This document shows positions 1 through 8,661 of a stretch of 64,000 nucleotides of DNA, in pieces (positions within the stretch are counted from its first letter, which is position 1; each line of letters opens with the position of its first letter). Under the pieces are notes generated by a model. It did no database searches. It was given only the letters and a program-made list of their open reading frames with translations, and was not told the DNA's origin. The position numbers and the translations under genes are program-made. Source of the DNA: Azolla caroliniana (Eukaryota; Plantae; Polypodiophyta); assembly GCA_043228905.1 (NCBI GenBank), contig JBHGNT010000007.1, positions 11,842,001 through 11,906,000 of the forward strand, in the 5' to 3' direction.

Positions 1-332
1 ACGGGGACTAGGACCGATATGGGGAGAACCAGAGCGGAACTTGGGAAAACAGGTGATGGCACTAGACAAAGAGTCGGAGAGATAGGGGGAGACAAGAAGA
101 AGAAAAAGGAAGCCAAGTCGACTGAAGAAGTCCGCACATCCGATAAAGTCGGAAGAAGCGGTGACGGCGATAGAGTCAAGAAGGACAAAGTCGATTGAAA
201 GGCCAAGACCCAGACATGGTCCGACGTGGTGAAGGGTCTAGACTTTGAGGAAGAATTTGAGACAACCAATTCAGACAAGAGCTGGAATGAATTGGAGGCA
301 CTCGATTCGGAAGAGGTACTTGATTCAGAGGA

Positions 333-365
333 AACACCGGGTCATTTGAAACAGGTAATATGTCG
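333..365 (+). repeat. Left TIR (33 bp)
   Basis: Exact reverse complement of 7906-7938. Confidence 0.95.
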
Positions 366-659
366 CATTATGAGAACACTACGTCGAAAAAGGGCACAAA
401 AGCACGCAGTTTTCAAAAAGACACGACGCATGCGTAAATCTTTTCAGAAAAGGTGGCAAAATATATTGAATTTCAACATGACTACCACTTTGAGTCATAA
501 GTAAAATGCCTCCAAAAATACATCACCAAAATTACAAAATAATGTACAACATGTCTACCAGTTACAATTATACATATTCGTGAGTTTACATCCAAAACAA
601 ATTTACAAAGTTTCCGATCATGTAGTAAAACAATCCCCAGCTTGAACCAAACCAATATA

Positions 660-3332
660 TTAAGACATGTCTGATGGACTAGAAGAGCATTCTGACGTCT
701 CATCCTCATCATCAGTGGCAATCAAAGCATTATCCTCATCCAATTCCAACCCAACATCTTTGTGGTTATGAGAATTGCTTCTGGTTATTCTCTGTATTTC
801 GTTTGACACCATGTTTGGGATTTTCTCCTTTATTATCTTGATAGTTGCTTGTCTTAGATGACCTGATTTTGTCAATGAGAAGTCATATACTAGTATGTCA
901 ACACGGTCTAGTGCGAGAGTAGCCGTGCTCGGTATATTCTTTTTTCTTCTCTTTCTGCTTGACCATCCGACATCCTTAACCATCTCTAAAGAATACTTTC
1001 CTGTAAATGCATCAGTTGAATTTGTCTGATACCAGTGGACTACTATTGACTTTGTCTGACTACTTTCTTCATCCCTTACTAATTCAATAATTTTTGCAAT
1101 CCAAAATGGATGGCCCAAGGTATCGTCCCCTACTAATGTTGCAACCAACATTCCCACTTGTAGTTCTTGCAAATTACCTTGCCATCTTGCCTCAACAGTA
1201 CGTGACTTTCTTGGTCCCACATAAATATCTCTTTGCAGTGGCCAAACTAAATCATGAAGCTCCATATTATTCGATTGTTGGTGATGAGTCTGCGATATCG
1301 TTGATGTCATCCCAATGTTCCATGTGAATGGGATACAGATTGGCCATAAACCGGCGATGTAATTTTCTAAAATGGTGCGTTGATGGGTGAAGAAAATCTC
1401 CCACCATTCAACATCCTCATCACCGGCATACTTCTTAGTCCGATCAATATTATTTTGTTTCTCTGCTAGACATCTCAACCAATATGCCCTTTGTTCATCA
1501 ATAGTACTATTTGGTGCTACATTTTTACGATCATCATATGGCATTTGTTGTGCACCATGTAGAGGTTCATCTGGGATATGAAGAAGGAGCCTACAACCTT
1601 CTTGGGGCTCCCATTGTGCACTAGATGAGTATTGTTTTGCAAACAACACCGTCATCTTGAGGTGGGCCAATCTTTGTTTTATGAGGAAGACATGGTTGAA
1701 ACTTATATTATTAAGAGGTGCAAGCACCCTACCTTTAGTCCCGTCACTATCCATGCAGAAACGTTTAAAGTCGTATACTTCTTCCAAGTGTTGTACTTCA
1801 GGCTTTGGTGTATATGCTTCACTAATCAATTTGGATAGCGTGGGAAGTGTGAAAGCATTACAGCGAGCAAGTTTCTTTGAGAACCTACTGAACATTTGAT
1901 CTATGTGATCATGGGTATGACCAACCAACAAGAAGTTAACATTTATCTTTTTAAATATGCCCCTCTCTACTAGCATGCTTAGATAGCCAAAGACAGTTGA
2001 GTTCTTATTCTCTCTTGCTGTGTTGTCTAGTTGCACATATAGAAATGGCGGGAGTATACCTGACCATGATTGCAATACCCTGTGCATGACAGTGACAGTA
2101 AGATTAGGGTCGTTGTGGATATTGGGATAAGTTAAGAACACTTGTGGTCTTATAGTTTGACAATATGTCAAACAACCCACTAGATGCATTTGCACGAGAC
2201 ACTCATCTCCAATATCCTTGGGGAGTCTTTGAAAATGCGGCAAACAAGTTTTCTTTTGATCCATGCCGTCAATAATCAGGCACATATACTTTTCGGGAGA
2301 TTGAAACGCTTTTTGTCGGTGATGCATAGCCTTAGTACGTTCCAATGCCTGACTTTCACGATGTTCTTTTAATAGGTTCTTGTAATTCTTGATCTCTACA
2401 TCTGATTTTCCACCCTTGGCCATATTTTTTAAACTCGCACATATTGAGCAGACTCCCATTCGCACCTTTCGTGGGATAACTACGTTATTAAATTGTAACC
2501 TCCATAGTCGATTAAAATGCTTGTACTGTATGTAAGGCTCAACATCGGAAGACATGTCGTCCTTGTACGTTTGGTAAACTTCCCTTCGAGTAAAGTTATT
2601 TGACAAATGAAGTCTTCCTGTCGTTGGCATAACTTCGCACTGTTTTGAAAAATATACCTCCATCCACCTAATTGCCTGTTGCCCAATTTGACCCTTACAT
2701 CCAGAACCATTTTGATCGAACTGTACCCAGGAGCCCTTCAGAAGTCGCTCTTGAACTCGTTGCAGCCGCATATTTCCAATGCTATGAGTGATTTTAAAAG
2801 CTGCTCGACAACACTTGGTATTTAGTCCAAGGAAATATTCAACTTGCGTTGAATTAGGCCCTGCTTTGTGATCCAATTTAAGTTGCATATGCAAAAGAAG
2901 AAATGTATCTTGCTCTTCCCCATTAAGCGACAAGTATTTTTGTCGTGTTTCACGTAACCTTGACTTTCCATAAGTTGATAGACAGAGATTCGCACAACAC
3001 GATTTGTTCAAGTCGCATAGAAGTTGACGATCAGAACATAAGAAATTAAATCTCTTTTCACTAACTTGTCGAGGAACTCTTTTAAATGCTAGAGGTTTAG
3101 TAATGCTATTGTTATCTATCGACGAAGAATCGTCCGCTTGTAAGCTTGCATGAAGAGGGCCATCAACAAGATCAATTGAAAACAGAGAATTCGAAGTACT
3201 AGGAGCCACACTTTTCTGTTTAAGCCGCGAATGTTTTTTGTGGTCGTACTCTTCTATTGAGAAATATGAGTTGTCTGACAATGAGAAGGGGGCAATAGAA
3301 AAAAGAGATGTTCTACTTGTAGAAGAAGACAT
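660..3332 (-). CDS. Sola-like DDD/E transposase, 890 aa, uninterrupted, with a C-terminal BAH-like domain
   Basis: RNase-H-fold motifs IIDGMDQ, YVQLDNTARENKN and FLLVGHTHDHIDQMFS, with an upstream CSIC...H Zn motif. It lies inside TIRs with a 4-bp TSD, as in Sola elements. The C-terminal segment VGMLVA...PFWIAKII...IVVHWY resembles a BAH core. Confidence 0.85.
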   Translation of the reverse strand: MSSSTSRTSLFSIAPFSLSDNSYFSIEEYDHKKHSRLKQKSVAPSTSNSLFSIDLVDGPLHASLQADDSSSIDNNSITKPLAFKRVPRQVSEKRFNFLCSDRQLLCDLNKSCCANLCLSTYGKSRLRETRQKYLSLNGEEQDTFLLLHMQLKLDHKAGPNSTQVEYFLGLNTKCCRAAFKITHSIGNMRLQRVQERLLKGSWVQFDQNGSGCKGQIGQQAIRWMEVYFSKQCEVMPTTGRLHLSNNFTRREVYQTYKDDMSSDVEPYIQYKHFNRLWRLQFNNVVIPRKVRMGVCSICASLKNMAKGGKSDVEIKNYKNLLKEHRESQALERTKAMHHRQKAFQSPEKYMCLIIDGMDQKKTCLPHFQRLPKDIGDECLVQMHLVGCLTYCQTIRPQVFLTYPNIHNDPNLTVTVMHRVLQSWSGILPPFLYVQLDNTARENKNSTVFGYLSMLVERGIFKKINVNFLLVGHTHDHIDQMFSRFSKKLARCNAFTLPTLSKLISEAYTPKPEVQHLEEVYDFKRFCMDSDGTKGRVLAPLNNISFNHVFLIKQRLAHLKMTVLFAKQYSSSAQWEPQEGCRLLLHIPDEPLHGAQQMPYDDRKNVAPNSTIDEQRAYWLRCLAEKQNNIDRTKKYAGDEDVEWWEIFFTHQRTILENYIAGLWPICIPFTWNIGMTSTISQTHHQQSNNMELHDLVWPLQRDIYVGPRKSRTVEARWQGNLQELQVGMLVATLVGDDTLGHPFWIAKIIELVRDEESSQTKSIVVHWYQTNSTDAFTGKYSLEMVKDVGWSSRKRRKKNIPSTATLALDRVDILVYDFSLTKSGHLRQATIKIIKEKIPNMVSNEIQRITRSNSHNHKDVGLELDEDNALIATDDEDETSECSSSPSDMS

Positions 3333-3380
3333 TTGAGGGAGTCTAATTGTATTCTAAAACCTTCTTTTGAGAAAATTAAG

Positions 3381-3512
3381 GAATGCTAAAGCCTAACTAT
3401 ATAACTACCCAAACACTTAGATTAACTATATTATTTTCCGAAATTTTCCTAAAAAACAAATAATTAAAAATTATTTTTTATTTTAAAAAGAATGCTAAAG
3501 TCTTCTATATAA
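3381..3512 (+). promoter_or_regulatory. Putative promoter region between the divergent genes; duplicated GAATGCTAAAG-N4/5-CTATATAA motif
   Basis: The motif occurs at 3381-3404 and 3490-3512. The second TATA lies about 120 nt upstream of the exon-1 ATG at 3630. Confidence 0.4.
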
Positions 3513-3629
3513 GGAGGTTAGAAATTTCATTTTCATTATCACGTGAAAGAATCCATCGAGCTCAGAGCACAGGCCAATTTTCGAGCACTCAGAAGCACAT
3601 CGTCGACAGCACTACCTCCGGCACGAACC

Positions 3630-6600
3630 ATGAACAAGGGAAAGAAATTCGTCAGGTTAGTAATATTCATTACATTTTTTAAGATTCCTAAAGATTCCTT
3701 AAAGATTCCTTTCCTCAACACATAGAAATTTTATTTTATTTTGTACAATGAACTTGGAAAGCAATTCTGAAAGGCATGACCTTCAACCAAAATCCGATCC
3801 GATGCACTGCATCGGATTTTGGTTGAAAAAAATGTTGTTTTTGCGATAAAAAACTATCGCATGGGACCATAAAATTGACGTAATTTAAATGATAATTTGC
3901 GTGATTTAGATAAAATTGTACGTTGTTTCTATGTTTTCACCAACGTTTTTAATTTCAGTGAACCCAGACAAAAAGTTCCTTCATTTAGATTGAAGATTCG
4001 ATCTCCGACAAAACGAGATTCTGGCTCCTTCATGAAGGACACGAGTAAAAAGATTTTATTTGACTCAACGGGGGAAGGAGGATCCAAGTCATCTGTGGCT
4101 ACTACCAAAATCAACAAAGGTAGTACGCAAGAGGAGAAAACGGTTGAGGTGAAATATAAGGATTACCCCGAACTTGAATGGTGTCTCTCTTATGTCGAGG
4201 AGGATGGGGTACTGTTATTGATAACGGCAAAATCGGACGAGGAAGGGAAACTTCAGCTTGGAAAAACATTTAATTACGGGCATGTAACCAAGCTAGAGTA
4301 CGAAGACATTGACTCTACAAGTATTTTAATCGACGTCTCGAGCTCAGTTGGCAACAGGCGATTGCGACTTGATGAGGGAAACCTAGTACCCGAATCTTGC
4401 AATCCCAAGGCTTTGCGTAAAGACCTGCAAACGAAAAATAACTTGTTGGTAGCTCTTCGGCCGTACGTGACAGGAGAGACGATGACCGGTGAAGCAGAAA
4501 CTCCACCGGAAAAGTCTAGGAAGACAAATCCTGTTCAAAAGAAATATACTAAACGACCACGACCCGAAGAAGAAGAAGAAGAAATATTAGAGTTCGTGGA
4601 AGAAGAAGACGACCAACAAGAAGAAGACGTCGTGGCTCCATGCGGACAACTATCTTCTGGTGTCCTGACGTCAGAACAAAATAAAATAAGATAAAATATT
4701 GTGAAGACTAAACTTGTGCGCAGGGGCCAGCTATTTCATTTGCCCATTACTTCTATCCAAAGGCCCCCCATTGACCCCGTGACTGGAAGACGTCCCTTGG
4801 AAATTAGGGAGCCGCACTCCGTCCATGTGCAAAACCTGAAAAGCAAAATGAAAATCAATCCTCACGCTACTGTGGTGCCATTTTTGGTAATGGTTGATCA
4901 AGAACAATGCCCAACAGTAGCAGATTTCAAGTATAGCTCTGCAGACGATTACACATACTATGTAATCGGAGGATCACATTCGGCTGAAGCTCGACGACAG
5001 ATTGTCAAAGAATATCCTCTCACGTCGTTCTTCAAGTACGCCGAATGTAAGGTATATATGCAGGACTAACTCACGAGGAGGCGAAGCTGCTCGCATGGGA
5101 CCATAACAATGACAACGATTATAGGCAAAAGATGTCATGTATAGAGAGGATAAGATTTTCTCATCATGAATACCTGGATGCCTTGAATCGTTTTTGTCCA
5201 AGATTGTGGTCTGAATTGCGACACCAGTGTTTATTGGAAGTAGGGATTGCAGTGGATGAGAGTACCAAATCCGAAGGTCTCCGAAAATATGATTCTTGGT
5301 TTCAACTAGCTTTTTGGACCGGAGAGGTGTGGGATCTCTAAAACAAAATATTCTCTATGTGGGAGCGGAAAGAAGTCAAGGGGCAAAGATAAAAAAAGGG
5401 AAGAATTGATCCACAAGTTGAGATGAAATCAAAGACCAAGGGAAAAAGCGACTTGGTAATCGAGGAGTTAGTAGAGGACATGAAACTTTTACCTTGGAGA
5501 TCATTACAAGGTATCAAAGATGATAGATTGTTAATATCCGTGCTATCTCGAGTGGTCGCCAAGGAATTTAGTTTGGACGAGATGGTAACAGACTTGCAAA
5601 AGTAAGTGTTTATAGTATATACCTTTTCATGAAAGTCTTCAATTATTTTGAATATCTTATTTCTAATTTCATATTGATTGTGCAGTCACAAGGTATACAT
5701 GAAGATTCAGGAGTTGATGATGCAAAAACTGAGTTTACCGACATGGGAAGAAGTTGAACAAGCCTGCCCGATAACTTCTTCCTACAAGGCATTGGAGGAA
5801 TATTTTATTGTATTTAGAGAATGGGTATGTGTCTTTTGAATGTTGATATGTTAGAAAGTAATGTTCCCTGCTAACAACAATGACACTTGCAGAAACCATC
5901 AAAATTGAAAAAGAACAACGACAATAATGACGGTATTCCAGCGGCCTTCATCACGCACTTAGAACGTGCGAAATATGAGAAGAGAATGACCAAAGGTAAG
6001 GAAATGGAACTGCCCGAGGATTCAGAGACTGTAAAGAGTTTTTCGCATAGGTCCGATCCTTTCAAACAACTTCATTATAGTGTTTTCAATGGCGAAGTAT
6101 CCCAGATGCTCGAACTGTTACCAAGAAGGCACTACACTTTGCTGATAGCTGACATACCATATGGTTTCCGTATTGCGGGATCAACATATGATGATTTGCC
6201 TTTCAAGTACCCTCAGATCGAGAAAATGGTAAAGGATTTCGCAGAACTGACATTGGCCCCCTTGTGGAGGATAGTCATATTTCATAGCATGGGGCAATCA
6301 CTGTCAGTCACAACAGCTTTGAAGTCCCGTTGTCATGCCACTGAACACATGCATTGGTGCGTTATAGTTCGCTTTTACTCATTACAATACTTCTTATTAT
6401 ATGTACACATTTACACCTCTAATACTTGATTTTCTTTCTCTATAGGATCAAAACAAATATTACACGTAGCCCTGGCGATCGAATGGTTAGTGCGGTCGAA
6501 CATTTTTGTGTGGGCTACTATGATTCAATTACAAAGAAGAAGGCTAGAGCACATGTCAATGAGCGTAACGTGGTTAACTACATCATGTGCCCAGCTGTAA

Positions 6601-7175
6601 CCAAAAAATTAAGACGTGTGTCAGGGGATAAAAGTATGGTGAACCCTTATCAAAAACCTCAAAGATTGATCAACCGCCTCATAGAGCTCTTCTCGAATCC
6701 AGATGATTGGGTCCTAGACTTGTTCTCTGGCACAGGTATAATATATATATTTAATTTCAATCCTGTCGATCAAGTTTAAGACGTTACTTCTTATATATAC
6801 TTGTTTGGTTTCATGCGACCATTAGGTACAACGACAACTTGTGCATTGAAGATGTTTAGAAACCGTGTTGCATTGGAGAAGGACCCTGCTCAAGTTAACT
6901 TCATCAAAATGAGGATCACAGGAATCTGGGACTGTCCAGATCAGGATCAAGAAGTCGGAGCAAAACACATCAACGAGACAGAGATGTTCCAGATGACTTC
7001 ACGAGAACCAATGGAACCAATTGATGAAGAAGCAGGGGAGCTGGTGGACTTGGAAGATGTAGCACAGTTTGACCATACATAAGATTCGGGAGAGCTTGGA
7101 GATGACACGAATGAAAACAGTCTAGAACAATCAGCGCCAAAGGAGCATGCTCTACCTGATTTGCTTATAGATTGA
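3630..7175 (+). pseudogene. Six-exon ParB/Srx-like + beta-class N6A/N4C DNA methyltransferase fusion (about 969 aa reconstructed), disrupted
   Basis: Exons are 3630-3655, 3959-5601, 5686-5824, 5893-6356, 6446-6735 and 6826-7175; all five GT-AG introns keep the reading phase. ParB-like part: HVQNLKSKM..VVPFLVMVD..YYVIGGSHSAEA..GLTHEEAKLLAWDHN. MTase part: LLIADIPYG (motif IV) before NPYQKP..LIELFSNPDDWVLDLFSGTGTT..RNRVALEKD (motifs X-I-II). Lesions: TAA at 4692, 5339, 5390 and 7080, and a +2 TA slip at about 5053-5059. Confidence 0.85.
3782..3827. repeat. Near-perfect palindrome inside intron 1 of the MTase gene
   Basis: TTCAACCAAAATCCGAT (3782-3798) pairs with ATCGGATTTTGGTTGAA (3811-3827); the inner part is TCCGATGCA-C-TGCATCGGA. 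Confidence 0.85.
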
Positions 7176-7905
7176 TGTAGATGGCGTAATGTAAAATTTG
7201 AGGATTTTGAGGCATAATGTTCACCATCACTTCATATTATATTTGTATATGAGAACATCTGTAATTGTTTATCGTTTAATTAAATTCACCTGTTCATAAT
7301 TCCCCTTTTTAATCATTATTGGAACCGTAGTTTGTATTTACATATAATTGGTCACCATGCTCTTCTTCAGTTTGAGATATTAACATGATATTGTAATTTC
7401 TCATTTCCGTTAGCATGACTGTATATGAAAAGGCGAATGTTTTTGATAATAAGAGGTTTTTAGTTACCTACGGTTCAAGTCTACTGGTTCCACATAGTAT
7501 AAATGAATGTCGTACGTAATTGTTACTCTTACCAATTACATTGTCATGAACTATATGACATTATACAATGAAACAATCGATATACCCGTCCAACAAGTGG
7601 GGTACTACTTTATTCCTAAACCCAAAACCACATATTTATAATTACGGTTTATGTACTTTTACTCTACAATTTGAATATGGATACCAATTTTAGAACTTTA
7701 TATTGAACCAAGTCTTCAATTGTGCTCCACGATATGCAAATTGACACGAATGTGGACACATATACAATTTAGTAATTGCTAGGTTTTTTTTGTTCTATAT
7801 TTAACCATCAAGTCGCAAAAGGGGTACACATGCATCGTATATTTTCGATATCAGGCTAAAATAGGGTACTTTTCTACATCTGGCTAACTATGCCAAAAGA
7901 GAATA

Positions 7906-7938
7906 CGACATATTACCTGTTTCAAATGACCCGGTGTT
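7906..7938 (-). repeat. Right TIR (33 bp)
   Basis: CGACATATTACCTGTTTCAAATGACCCGGTGTT, followed by the TSD AGGA. Confidence 0.95.
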
Positions 7939-8661
7939 AGGAGCCAAATCTACGTTGGGCCAAGCGGACAAAAAGGAAGCCGAAGCTGACGCTGAGATGG
8001 AGGAGCCAACAGTTCGAGGGGCAAGGGAGCTGATAAGGGTCGAAGGAGCAAACAAACTGACTGAGAAGGTCCAGGAGCGTGGAACCGGACGGGTCGAGGA
8101 AAGCTCGATCGGGCTGGATGAGGAGCGCGAGCAAGGCGGGAGGACGCTAGGTGGAGCCGCAGGAAAGGACCGGCTGACACAAACACTAACACCACGATCC
8201 GACCTCAAGTTGAGCTTGAGGGTGAGTGTTGAGTGGACAAGCTCAACCAGATCCGGATAGGCTCAATAAGCTAGAGCCAGATCGGTATCTAGAACAGAGA
8301 ACCGAGTAGGTATCCGGAACTAAGAGATGGTTCAGATTGTAACCGGTAGGCCATTGGAGGCCTACAGATCTAGCCTAGTACATAGACATATTCCTTGGAG
8401 TTAGTGTCAGTCACTTGTATGAGCATTGAAGTATTTATCAGTACTTTTATCAGTCCTTTTCAGGACTTGTATAAAAGGTGTTCTGTAGGACATTTGTATG
8501 TACAGAGTGTTATCATTTTTTAATTGAGTTTTATTGTTCTGCTCTCTCTGTCTCTCCCGCTCTCGGTCTCTGTGATTCAAGCTTCCATTAAATCTTGTCT
8601 CTGTTTTCTGTTGTTATTTGGATAACCGTTTTGTCAAAGCTTCCGCATATTAACTTTGACA

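Larger units (their letters stand above)
333..7938. mobile_element. Complete 7,606-bp TIR DNA transposon (Sola-like) carrying a transposase and a ParB-methyltransferase cargo gene
   Basis: The 33-bp sequence AACACCGGGTCATTTGAAACAGGTAATATGTCG at 333-365 has an exact reverse complement at 7906-7938. The 4-bp TSD AGGA lies at 329-332 and 7939-7942. The interior is AT-rich, and the flanks rejoin as one degenerate retroelement. Confidence 0.95.
1..8661 (+). mobile_element. Degenerate Copia-type (non-autonomous) LTR element hosting the DNA transposon; own sequence 1-332 and 7939-8661, 3' LTR about 8227-8661
   Basis: PPT-like TTGAGGGTGAG is followed by TGTTG at 8227, and the LTR ends ...TTTGACA. 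The internal sequence resembles 43285-43825 (GGCCAAGACC..ACxTGGTCxGAxGT; CCTCAAGTTGAGCTTGAGGG). Confidence 0.55.

Noticed and set aside
1899-1923. GHTH read as an HUH endonuclease motif (Helitron/Replitron)
   Set aside because: The DGMD...DN...GHTHxxID context, TIRs and 4-bp TSD indicate a cut-and-paste DDD transposase.
3535-3550. parS-like sequence ATTATCACGTGAAAGA upstream of the ParB-like gene
   Set aside because: It matches only 12 of 16 positions of TGTTTCACGTGAAACA, and the match is centred on a common G-box, so chance is likely.
4692-7082. Alternative genetic code (TAA=Gln) or U-to-C editing rescuing the MTase stops
   Set aside because: The transposase and chromovirus gag end at TAA, a frameshift is also present, and U-to-C editing is established only for organelles.
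3630-7175. Bacterial or phage contamination as the source of the MTase
   Set aside because: It has five phase-consistent spliceosomal introns and sits inside a TSD-flanked insertion in plant retroelement DNA.
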